NCBI GenBank assembly: GCA_963725665.1
Contig: CAVRZA010000001.1
Span: 384,001 to 448,000, forward strand
Reading direction: 5' to 3'
Source: an uncultured Actinomycetes bacterium
GTDB lineage: Bacteria > Actinomycetota > Thermoleophilia > UBA2241
Length of the DNA: 64,000 bases
The position numbers were made by a program, and so were the translations under genes. The notes below the pieces were generated by a model. It ran no database searches. It had not been told where the DNA came from and was given only the letters and a program-made list of their open reading frames with translations. The stretch's first letter is position 1; each line of letters opens with the position of its first letter. Positions 53,077 through 62,442 of the stretch are shown in pieces.

Positions 53077-55674
53077 ATGGCGACCACCCAGGAACGCGTG
53101 CACGAGATGGCGCCGCAGCTACGCCCCGACCAGATCGCGCTCACGATCGACGACCAGGAGATCGCCTGCGACAAGGGTGACAGCATCCTCGAGGCGGCGC
53201 AGAAGGCCGGCATCCACATCCCGACGCTCTGCTACGAGCCGCGTCTGCCGGCCAACGCCGCCTGTCGCGTCTGCATGGTCGAGGTCGAGGGCGCGCGCAA
53301 GCTGGCGGCGAGCTGCGCCACGGCGGCCGCCGACGGCATGGTGGTACGCACCAACACCGAGAAAGTGCGCCAATTGCGTCACCTTTACCTGGAGCTCCTC
53401 CTCTCCGACCACAACTCCTTCTGCACGCCGCCGTGTCGCGACGCCTGCCCGACGCACATCAAGATCCCGCAGTTCCTCGACTTCATCGCCCACGGCGACT
53501 ACAAGAACGGCGTGCGCAAGCTGCGCGAGGACCTGCCCTTCCCGGCGATCCTCGGGCGCGTCTGCCCGCGGCCCTGTGAGGGGCCCTGCCGGCGCCAGCT
53601 CGTCGAGCACCCCATCACCATCTGCTGGCTGCACCGTTTCATGGCCGACCAATGTATCGACGAGGAGCAGACGGGGGAGCTCCTCCTGCCGGTCGACCCC
53701 AAGCCCGACACCGGCAAACGCATCGCCGTCGTCGGCGGCGGGCCCGCCGGCCTCGCCTGCGCCTTCTACGCCCGTCTCGAGGGGCACGCCGTCAAGGTCT
53801 TCGAGGCGCTGCCCAAGCCGGGCGGCATGCTGCGCTACGGCATCCCCAGTTACCGCTTGCCGCGCGACCTGATCGAGAAGGAGCTCAACGTCCTCTGGCG
53901 CATGGGCATCGAGCTGCAGGTGAACAGCCGCCTGGGCGAGCACTATCAACTCGAGGACCTCCTGGCCGTCTACGACGCCGTCTTCCTCGGCCTCGGCGCC
54001 TTCAACTCCAATGAGATGGGCGTCGAGAACGAGGACGCCGACGGCGTCGTGACCGCGGTCGACTTCCTCGGCGAGCTCGAGCTCACCGGCAGCGTGCACG
54101 TGGGTCAGAAGGTCACCGTGATCGGCGGCGGCTTCACGGCCATGGACGCCTGCCGCACCGCGGTCCGCATGGGCGCGAAAGAGGTCACGTGTCTGTACCG
54201 CCGCTCGCGCAAGGAGATGCCGGCTCACCACACCGAGGTCGACGAGGCCGAGGAAGAGGGCGTGCGCCTCGAGCTGCTTACGGCGCCGGTGAAGATCCTC
54301 ACGGACGACGACGGCAGGGTCACCGGCATCGAGATGCTGCGCATGGAGCTCGGCGAGCCCGACGCCTCGGGTCGGCGCCGACCGGTGCCCATCGAGGGAT
54401 CGAACTACATCGTCGAGTGCGACCAGGTCATCACCGCCATCGGCCAGTTCCCCAAGCTCGACGGTACGAGCGAGGAGCAGGGCGTCAAGCGCACCAAGTG
54501 GAAGACCATCGACGTCGACGAGTGGAGCTATCAGACGGAGGACCCGAGGGTCTTCGCCGGCGGCGACGTGGTGCTCGGCGCCCAGACGGTGATCCAGGCC
54601 GTCGCGCAGGGCAAGAAGGCGGCCTGGAGCATCGACGCCTTCTTGCGCGGCGAGGAGATGCAGCGCGTCTCGCAGGACCTCGCCGAGCTGCACGGCACAC
54701 CGTTCATCGCCGCGCTCTCGGCGAAGTCCGACCTCGACCCGCGCGTCTCGCGCATGGCCGAGATCCCGCCGGTGTTCATCGACATGACGACCGACGTGAG
54801 CCACCCCGAGCCGCCGGCCGAGATGCCCAAGCTGGCGCCCGAGGAGCGGAGGACCAACTTCGAGCAGATCGAGCTGGGCTTCGCGGTGGACGAGGCACGG
54901 CGAGGGGCCGGCCTCTGTCTCGACTGCTACTGTCCCGCGAACGGCACCTGCGACCTGCAGCGCTACTCGATCGACTACGAGGTCTTCAAGAACCGGTTCC
55001 ACGGCCAGGAGGCGCACGACTACCCGGCCGACTTCCGCCACGACTTCATCATGCGCGAGCCCAACCGCTGCATCAACTGCATGCGCTGCGTGCGCATCTG
55101 CCGACTCGAGGTCGGCGCGAGCTGCTACGACGCCATGGGGCGCGGCTACGACACGATCGTCTCGACGGCCGACAACTTGCCGCTGCAGATGGTCGGCTGC
55201 GTCTCGTGCGGCAAGTGCGCCGAGACCTGCCCGACCGGCTCCATCGAGACCAACCCGCGCCTGCTGGCGAGCTACGACCTCGACGAGAGCCGCTGCATGT
55301 TCTGCGGCGAGTGCGTCGAGGTCTGCCCCTACGACGCGCTGGAGCAGACCGACTTCTTCGAGCTCGCCGGCTACGACCGCGGAGCGCTCGCCGGTGAGTC
55401 GCTCTACGTGCGTCAGGCGAGGTCGGTCGACCCGCTGCGCGAGACGGTCACCGACCTCGTGCCGCACGTCTCCGACGTCCTCGGCGGCGAGGGCTGGCAA
55501 TGGACGCCCATCAAGGCCGAAGAGGCTGGGGCGGACGGCGCGGCGGCCGGGAGCAACGGCAAGCCGGCGCCGGCGCCCGCCGAAGAGCCGGCGCCACCGG
55601 CGCCCGAAGTCGTCGCCGACGGGGCGGCCGGGGACGGCGACGGCGCCGGGACGGACCAGGAGAAGGCCGACTGA
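53077..55674 (+). CDS. Fusion protein: NuoG/HydA Fe-S core + inserted GltD/Nfn FAD-NADP(H) domain + C-terminal half of NuoI
   Basis: PTLC..CRVC..C; PPCRDACP, GRVCPRPCE, GGGPAG, GGGFTA, YRRS; CLDCYC..CDLQ; CINCMRCVRIC / CVSCGKCAETCP; then YDLDESRCMFCGECVEVCPYDAL..FELAGYDR. Confidence 0.9.
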   Translation: MATTQERVHEMAPQLRPDQIALTIDDQEIACDKGDSILEAAQKAGIHIPTLCYEPRLPANAACRVCMVEVEGARKLAASCATAAADGMVVRTNTEKVRQLRHLYLELLLSDHNSFCTPPCRDACPTHIKIPQFLDFIAHGDYKNGVRKLREDLPFPAILGRVCPRPCEGPCRRQLVEHPITICWLHRFMADQCIDEEQTGELLLPVDPKPDTGKRIAVVGGGPAGLACAFYARLEGHAVKVFEALPKPGGMLRYGIPSYRLPRDLIEKELNVLWRMGIELQVNSRLGEHYQLEDLLAVYDAVFLGLGAFNSNEMGVENEDADGVVTAVDFLGELELTGSVHVGQKVTVIGGGFTAMDACRTAVRMGAKEVTCLYRRSRKEMPAHHTEVDEAEEEGVRLELLTAPVKILTDDDGRVTGIEMLRMELGEPDASGRRRPVPIEGSNYIVECDQVITAIGQFPKLDGTSEEQGVKRTKWKTIDVDEWSYQTEDPRVFAGGDVVLGAQTVIQAVAQGKKAAWSIDAFLRGEEMQRVSQDLAELHGTPFIAALSAKSDLDPRVSRMAEIPPVFIDMTTDVSHPEPPAEMPKLAPEERRTNFEQIELGFAVDEARRGAGLCLDCYCPANGTCDLQRYSIDYEVFKNRFHGQEAHDYPADFRHDFIMREPNRCINCMRCVRICRLEVGASCYDAMGRGYDTIVSTADNLPLQMVGCVSCGKCAETCPTGSIETNPRLLASYDLDESRCMFCGECVEVCPYDALEQTDFFELAGYDRGALAGESLYVRQARSVDPLRETVTDLVPHVSDVLGGEGWQWTPIKAEEAGADGAAAGSNGKPAPAPAEEPAPPAPEVVADGAAGDGDGAGTDQEKAD

Positions 55675-56183
55675 TGCCGGGCGGCGATTTCCACCCCGTG
55701 CTCTTCACGCTGACGGCGGCCTGGGTGCTGGCCTGCGGCATCGGCGTCGTCGCCTTCCGCAGCATCGTGCGCTCGGCCGTTTCGATGGTCCTCTGCTTCG
55801 TCGGCGTCGCCGGTATCTACGCCCTGCTCTACGCGCCGCTCCTGGCGATCATCCAGCTGCTCGTCTACGTCGGCGCCATCTCGGTCGTCATCATCTTCGC
55901 CATCATGCTCACCCCGGCGCAGAGCGGCGACGTGCGCCTCTTCTTCAACCGCCAGAGCCTCTTCGCGCTGCCGCTGGCGATCGCCACGGCCGCGCTCCTC
56001 ATCGTCGTGCTCGTGACCTCCGCCATCCCCGGCGTGACGTCGAAGGCCCACGGGGTCGACCTCAAGACCTTGTCGGACCTGCTCTTCAACCAGTACGTCT
56101 TCCCCTTCGAGCTCGTCTCGTTCGTGCTCCTGGCGGCGATGATCGGCGCCATCGTCCTGGCGCGCAAGGAGGAGTCGCGGTGA
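55674..56183 (+). other. nuoJ: NADH-quinone oxidoreductase subunit J
   Basis: QLLVYVGAI, YVFPFEL, MIGAIVLA. Confidence 0.93.
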
Positions 56184-56500
56184 GTGCCGTCGACTGGTAT
56201 CTCGCTCTCGCCACGGCTCTCTTCTGCATCGGGGCCTACGGGGTGCTCGCGCGGCGCAACGTGCTGCTCGTCGTGATGAGCCTCGAGCTCATGCTGAACG
56301 CGGTCAACATCGCGCTCGTCGCGTTCGCCACCTTCATCCCGGCGACGCGCCCCATCGACGCCTCCAAGGGGCAGCTCTTCGTCCTCTTCGTGATCGCCAT
56401 AGCCGCCGCCGAGGTCACCGTGGGCCTCGCCATCGTGATCGCCAACTACCGCACCAAGCGTAACGTGCAGGCCGATCAGTTCGACCAGATGAAGGGGTAG
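56180..56500 (+). CDS. nuoK: NADH-quinone oxidoreductase subunit K
   Basis: LFCIGAYG, RRN, ELMLNA, AAAEVTVGLAI. Confidence 0.93.
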   Translation: MSAVDWYLALATALFCIGAYGVLARRNVLLVVMSLELMLNAVNIALVAFATFIPATRPIDASKGQLFVLFVIAIAAAEVTVGLAIVIANYRTKRNVQADQFDQMKG

Positions 56501-56534
56501 TGAGAGCAGTGGGAGCCACGCGGGGGACGCGCCG

Positions 56535-58430
56535 ATGAAGGCAGCCGTCGCGCTGATAGCCCTGCTGCCGCTGGCCGGCTTCGCGATCAACATCTTGCTC
56601 GGGCGGCGCTACATTCGCGACCGGGCGCACCTCGTCGGGGTGGCCACCGTCACCGTCTCGTGGGTGCTCTCGCTGTACGTCATCTACCACGCCTTCACCC
56701 ACCAGGAGGAGGCCTTCGTCTGGGACGCCTTCACCTGGATCAAGGCCGGGTCGTTCACCGTCAGCTGGGGCTTCCTCGTCGACGACCTCACGGCGATCAT
56801 GCTCGTCGTCGTGGGCACGATCGGCATGATCGTGCACTACTACTCGATCGGCTACATGAAGGACGACGAGGGCTACTACAGGTTCTTCGCCTACCTGAAC
56901 CTCTTCATGTTCATGATGTTCACCCTCATCCTGGCGGACAACTACCTGCTGGTCTTCCTCGGCTGGGAGGGCGTGGGTCTCTGTTCCTACCTGCTCATCG
57001 CCTTCTGGTTCCGCAAGAAGAGCGCCTCGCAGGCGGGCAAGAAGGCGTTCCTGGTCAACCGCGTGGGGGACTGGGGCTTCACACTCGGGATGCTGGCCAT
57101 CTTCTTCACCTTCGGCAGCCTGCAGTTCCCGGAGGTGTTCGGCAAGGCGGCCGAGGCCAACGGCGGCCTCCTCACCTGGATCTGCCTGCTGCTCTTCATC
57201 GGCGCGGTGGGCAAGAGCGCCCAGTTCCCGTTGCACGTGTGGCTGCCCGACGCGATGGAGGGTCCGACGCCGGTCAGCGCCCTGATCCACGCCGCGACGA
57301 TGGTCAACGCCGGCGTGTACATGGTCGCGCGGTCGTACCCGCTCTTCATCCACTCGCACACGGCGATGCTGATCGTCATGGGCGTGGGCACCTTCACGGC
57401 GATCTACGCCGCCTCCATCGCCATCACGCAGACCGACATCAAGCGCGTCATCGCCTACTCGACGGTGTCGTCGCTGGGCTTCATGTTCATGGCTTTGGGC
57501 GCCGGCGCCTGGGTGGCCGGCATCTTCTATCTGTTCGTGCACGGGTTCTTCAAGGGCCTCCTCTTCCTCGGCTCGGGCTCGGTGATCCACGCCATGTCGG
57601 GCGAACAGGACATGCGCAAGATGGGTGGGCTGCGCAAGAAGTTGCCGGTGACGTTCTGGACGATGATGATCGGCTCGCTCGCCAACGCCGGCCTCTTCCC
57701 GTTCGCCGGCTTCTGGGCCAAGGACGAGATCCTGGGCGTGGACTTCACGCAGGGGTACTACGTCGTGTGGGTGGTCGGGATCATCGTCGCCTTCCTCACG
57801 GCCGTCTTCATGTTCCGTCTGATGTTCCTGACCTTCTGGGGCGAGAACCGCGCCTCCGAGGAGGTGCAGCACCACATCCACGAGTCGCCGAGGATCATGA
57901 CGGTGCCGCTAATCATCCTCGCCGTGCCGGCGGCACTGGCCGGCATAGTGGTCGGCTGGCCGCCGGAGGGCGGCTGGATCCACGGCTTCCTAGAGCCCGT
58001 GTTCTACGAGGTGGAGTCGGAGGCGTTCGCGTGGTTCGGCACGGGCGGGCTGCTCATGGCTATCTCGCTCGTCGTCGTCATCGTCGGCATAACGCTCGCC
58101 TGGACCATGTACGTGCGCGACAAGCGACTGCCGGCCGCCCTCGTTGAGCGCGTCCCGTGGGCCTACCGCGCCTCGTTCCGCAAGTTCTACATGGACGAGC
58201 TCTACGAGGTCGCCGTCATCAGGCCGGTTCTCAACGGCGCCAACTGGCTCTGGGTGTTCTTCGACACGAAGGTGATCGACGGGACGGTCAACGGTATCGC
58301 GGCGCTGTGGGGATGGATCGGCACGACGCTGCGGCCGCTGCAGACGGGGCGGGCGCAGAACTACGCCTTCGGCATCTTCGCCGGGGTCTTCGTGCTCGTC
58401 ATCGTCTTCCGTTGGGTGTGGGGAGGCTGA
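56535..58430 (+). CDS. nuoL: NADH-quinone oxidoreductase subunit L
   Basis: WEGVGLCSYLLI, GKSAQFPLHVWLPDAMEGPTPVSALIHAATMV. Confidence 0.96.
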   Translation: MKAAVALIALLPLAGFAINILLGRRYIRDRAHLVGVATVTVSWVLSLYVIYHAFTHQEEAFVWDAFTWIKAGSFTVSWGFLVDDLTAIMLVVVGTIGMIVHYYSIGYMKDDEGYYRFFAYLNLFMFMMFTLILADNYLLVFLGWEGVGLCSYLLIAFWFRKKSASQAGKKAFLVNRVGDWGFTLGMLAIFFTFGSLQFPEVFGKAAEANGGLLTWICLLLFIGAVGKSAQFPLHVWLPDAMEGPTPVSALIHAATMVNAGVYMVARSYPLFIHSHTAMLIVMGVGTFTAIYAASIAITQTDIKRVIAYSTVSSLGFMFMALGAGAWVAGIFYLFVHGFFKGLLFLGSGSVIHAMSGEQDMRKMGGLRKKLPVTFWTMMIGSLANAGLFPFAGFWAKDEILGVDFTQGYYVVWVVGIIVAFLTAVFMFRLMFLTFWGENRASEEVQHHIHESPRIMTVPLIILAVPAALAGIVVGWPPEGGWIHGFLEPVFYEVESEAFAWFGTGGLLMAISLVVVIVGITLAWTMYVRDKRLPAALVERVPWAYRASFRKFYMDELYEVAVIRPVLNGANWLWVFFDTKVIDGTVNGIAALWGWIGTTLRPLQTGRAQNYAFGIFAGVFVLVIVFRWVWGG

Positions 58431-58432
58431 CG

Positions 58433-60020
58433 GTGAGCTGGCAGGACCAGGTGGGCTTCCCGCTCCTCTCTGTGATGACCTATCTGCCCCTGGTGGGCGT
58501 GGCGCTCATCGTGTTGTTCGCCAAGGATCGCCCAGGTCTCTACAAGCCGATCTCCCTGGTGACGACCGTGCTCGCCTTCATCCTCTCGGCCGTCATGCTG
58601 CTGCGCTTCGACACCGGGCGGCCGGGCATGCAGTACGCGCGAGAACGTCGTCTGGATCAAGAGCCTCAACATCCACTACGGCATGGGTGTCGACGGCATC
58701 GCCGCCCTGCTGATCTTCCTCACCACGCTGCTGGGCTTCATCGTCATCATCTCGAGCTGGAACTACGTGAAGGATCGCGAGCGCGGCTTCTTCGTCTCGC
58801 TGCTGCTCCTGCAGACCGGGATGGTCGGCGTCTTCTGCGCCACCGATATCTTCCTCTTCTACGTGTTCTGGGAGGCCATGCTGATCCCGATGTACTTCAT
58901 CATCGGGGTCTGGGGCGGGCCGCGAAAGATCTACGCCGCCATCAAGTTCTTCCTTTTCACCTTCGCCGGCAGCGTGCTGATGCTGGTCGCCATCATCGCC
59001 ACGGTCTACTACGTGAAGGGCCAGACCGGTCAGCTCACGTTCAACATCCAGGAGCTGACGCGGCAGGTCTATCCCTACCACCTGCAGTTCTGGGCCTTCC
59101 TGGCCTTCTTCGTGGCCTTCGCCATCAAGGTACCGATGTGGCCGCTGCACACCTGGCTGCCCGACGCGCACGTCGAGGCGCCCACGGCGGGTTCCGTGAT
59201 CCTGGCGGGAGTCCTTCTGAAGATGGGCGGGTACGGCATGCTGCGCTTCAACCTGCCGATGTACCCCGACGCCGCCGTGACGTTCGTGCCCTGGGTGATC
59301 GCTCTGAGCGTCATCGCCATCCTGTACGGCGCCCTGGTCTCGATGATGCAGAAGGACCTGAAGAAGCTGGTGGCTTACTCGAGCGTGAGCCACATGGGGT
59401 TCGTGACGGCAGGGATCTTCGCTGGCATCGCGCTGGTAGGCAACAGCGCCGGTATGGAGGGGGCCATTCTGGTCATGTTCAACCACGGCATCCTCACGGG
59501 CGCCCTGTTCCTCATGGTCGGCTTCCTCTACGAACGCACGCACACGCGCGATATCGCGGCCATGAGCCAGCTCGCCAAGCCGCTGCCGGTGCTGGCCGGC
59601 TTCTTCCTCTTCTTCACCCTGGGGTCGCTCGGGCTGCCGGGCCTGAACGGGTTCGTGGGCGAGTTCCTCAGCCTGCTGGGCCTGTTCAACTACTCGCGCG
59701 CCACGGCGGCCATCGCCGGCATCGGCGTTATCCTGGCCGCCGCCTATCTGCTGTGGATGTTCCAGCGCGTACTGTTCAACGACCGCGGTGACGCCGACGT
59801 CATGCCGGACTTCCACCTGCGCGACTTCTCGCTGCGCGAGATCGCTTCGGTGGTGCCGCTCGTCGTGTTCGCCGTCTGGGTCGGCGTCTATCCCCAGCTC
59901 TTCCTGAACCTGCTGCACGTGCCGGTGCAGCAGATCATCGACAAGGTGACGCCGTCGCTCGCCGGCGGCCAGAGCCACGGGCTGGCGCAACTGTTCGACG
60001 TCACGAGAGGGCTCTTCTAG
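58433..60020 (+). CDS. nuoM: NADH-quinone oxidoreductase subunit M, with apparent +1 frameshift near 58640
   Basis: N-terminus (MSWQDQVGFPLLSVMTYLP) in one frame; GVDGI, FWEAML, KVPMWPLHTWLPDAHVEAP in the next frame. Confidence 0.92.
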
Positions 60021-61517
60021 ATGAACAACTCGCTGACGCTGATCCTGCCCGGCCTCGTCGTCGCCGTCGTCGGCCTGGTGCTCTTCCTCGTCGAGGCGTT
60101 CGTGTCGGCCAAGCGCGCGCTGGCCTACATCGCCGCCGCCGGCCTCGCGGTCGCCGGGGTCCTTGCCGTGCTGCAGTGGCTTCAGCTACGTGGCAGCCTC
60201 GCGCTGCCGCTCCTGCGGCAGTGGAAGGCTGCCACAGCGGGCTTCAACCAGATGGTCGCCCTCGACCGTTACGGCCTCTTCTTCACGGTCCTCTTCTGCG
60301 CCGTGGGCATCGTCACCATCATGCTCTCCGATCGCTACCTCGATCTGCATCGTGCCTCGCGGGGCGAGTTCTACGGACTACTGCTTCTGATCGTCTCGGG
60401 CATGATCGGCATGGCCATGGCGACCGACACCGTGACCCTGTTCGTGTCGTTCGAGCTCATGTCGCTGCCGACCTACGTCATGGCCGGCTACCTGCGCGGC
60501 TCGGAGCGGTCGGGCGAGGCCGCCATCAAGTACTTCCTCAACGGCGCCTTCTCGTCGGCGATCCTCCTCTTCGGCCTGGCCCTGCTGTACGGTCTCACCG
60601 GCGCCACGAACTACAGCTCGATCGCCGCCGGGTTGCAGCACCTCGAGAGCGGCAACGGCGCGCTCGTCGTCGCGCTCGTTCTGGTCGCGGCCGGCTTCGG
60701 CTTCAAGATCTCGGCGGTGCCCTTCCACGGCTGGGCGCCCGACGTCTACGAAGGCGCCCCGACGCCGGTCACCGCCTTCATGGCCGTGGGGGTCAAGGCG
60801 GGCGCCTTCGCCGGCCTGCTGCGCTTCTTCACGGTGGCCGTGCTGCCCGCCTGGGACGTGTGGTCGAACATCCTCATCGTGCTCGCCGTGCTCACGATGG
60901 TGATCGGGAACGTGCTCGCGCTGCCGCAGCGCAACCTCAAGCGTATGCTCGCCTACTCGAGCATCGCCCACGCCGGCTACCTGCTGCTGGGGGTGATCGC
61001 GGCCGGCCGCCAGCCCGAGGGCAACGGCGGCAGCGCCGTGCTCTTCTACCTCGCCGCCTACGCGTTCATGAACCTGGGCGCCTTCGGGCTGCTGGTGCTC
61101 GTCCGCAACCGGCGTCCTTTCGGCTACACGCTCGATGAGATCGCCGGGCTGTGGCGCAGCATGCCCTGGACGTCGATCGCCATGGCGGTCTTCATGATCT
61201 CGCTCACCGGCATCCCGCCGACCATCGGCTTCTGGGCCAAGTTCTACATCTTCACGGCTCTTATCGACGCCCACCTGACCTGGCTCGCCATCGTGGCCGT
61301 GGTCATGGCTGCCGTGTCCTCGTTCTACTACCTGCGCGTGGTCTGGTACCTCTTCTTCCGTGAGCAGGAGGGCGAGCAACCGCTGCCGGTCGCGGCTACG
61401 ACCGGGACGGCCGCCGCCGTCGTCGTCACGGCGCTCGGCGTGCTCCTTGTGGGTCTCTACCCGTCCTGGCTGCTCGACGCGGCGCAGAGTGCGCTGCGTC
61501 TGGTGATCGGCGGATAG
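60021..61517 (+). CDS. nuoN: NADH-quinone oxidoreductase subunit N
   Basis: EAAIKYF, FKISAVPFHGWAPDVYEGAPT, KRMLAYSSIAH. Confidence 0.96.
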   Translation: MNNSLTLILPGLVVAVVGLVLFLVEAFVSAKRALAYIAAAGLAVAGVLAVLQWLQLRGSLALPLLRQWKAATAGFNQMVALDRYGLFFTVLFCAVGIVTIMLSDRYLDLHRASRGEFYGLLLLIVSGMIGMAMATDTVTLFVSFELMSLPTYVMAGYLRGSERSGEAAIKYFLNGAFSSAILLFGLALLYGLTGATNYSSIAAGLQHLESGNGALVVALVLVAAGFGFKISAVPFHGWAPDVYEGAPTPVTAFMAVGVKAGAFAGLLRFFTVAVLPAWDVWSNILIVLAVLTMVIGNVLALPQRNLKRMLAYSSIAHAGYLLLGVIAAGRQPEGNGGSAVLFYLAAYAFMNLGAFGLLVLVRNRRPFGYTLDEIAGLWRSMPWTSIAMAVFMISLTGIPPTIGFWAKFYIFTALIDAHLTWLAIVAVVMAAVSSFYYLRVVWYLFFREQEGEQPLPVAATTGTAAAVVVTALGVLLVGLYPSWLLDAAQSALRLVIGG

Positions 61518-61625
61518 CGCAGGGGGCTCCGGGCGCGGGTCTCAAGGCTCCTGGGTATAATCGGCGGCGGGCCACGCTTCCCGCGGCGCGGTCCGGCCCT
61601 CGAGCGGATCCGGGAGCGCAGGTCT

Positions 61626-62396
61626 TTGAACATCCTCTTCGTAGGCGACGTGTTCGGCCAGCCCGGTCGTGACGCCCTGCTGGGGCGTCTGCCGGGGATC
61701 GTCGAGGAACGCGCCATCGACATGGTCATCGCCAACGGCGAGAACGCCGCCAACGGCGCCGGCATCACATCGAAGATAGCCGGCCGGCTGCTGGCCGGCG
61801 GCGTCGATGTGATCACGACCGGTAACCACGTCTGGCGGCAGCGTGAGGTCTACCCCTTCCTCTCGTCGTCGGACCGCATCGTGCGCCCGGCCAACTACCC
61901 GCCCGGCTCGCCGGGACGCGCCCTCACCGTAAGGCAGGTGGGTGACGAAGAGGTGGCCGTCGTCAACCTGATGGGCGGCATCTACATGGACACCGGCGTC
62001 TCTCCCTTCCGCATCGTCGACGCTCTCGTCGACGAGGCGGTCAACCTCGCGGCCACGATCGTGGTCGACATTCACGCCGAGGCGACGAGTGAGAAGGTGG
62101 CCATGGGCCGGTACCTGGACGGCCGCGTCACGGCCGTGATCGGTACGCACACCCACGTGCAGACCGCCGACGAGTGCGTGCTCCCCAAGGGCACGGCGTA
62201 CATCACCGACGTCGGCATGACCGGTCCCGTGAACTCCGTGATCGGCGTGCGCTCCGACATCATCCTGCGCAAGTTCACGACCGAGCTCCCCGTTCCGTTC
62301 GAGGTCGCCGAGGGCGACGTGCGCATCGACGCTGTGGTGATCGAGGCCGAGGGGGGCCGCGCAAGGGCGATCACGCGCTTCGAGGAGATCGTCTGA
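61626..62396 (+). CDS. ymdB: YmdB-like metallophosphoesterase (TIGR00282 family)
   Basis: GDVFG, NGEN, GNH, HAEATSEK, GTHTHV, TDVGMTG. Confidence 0.92.
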   Translation: MNILFVGDVFGQPGRDALLGRLPGIVEERAIDMVIANGENAANGAGITSKIAGRLLAGGVDVITTGNHVWRQREVYPFLSSSDRIVRPANYPPGSPGRALTVRQVGDEEVAVVNLMGGIYMDTGVSPFRIVDALVDEAVNLAATIVVDIHAEATSEKVAMGRYLDGRVTAVIGTHTHVQTADECVLPKGTAYITDVGMTGPVNSVIGVRSDIILRKFTTELPVPFEVAEGDVRIDAVVIEAEGGRARAITRFEEIV

Positions 62397-62442
62397 TCGC
62401 TTGCGAGGTGGGGGATGGGTCCCGCCGGCCCCTCTCCTCCGT

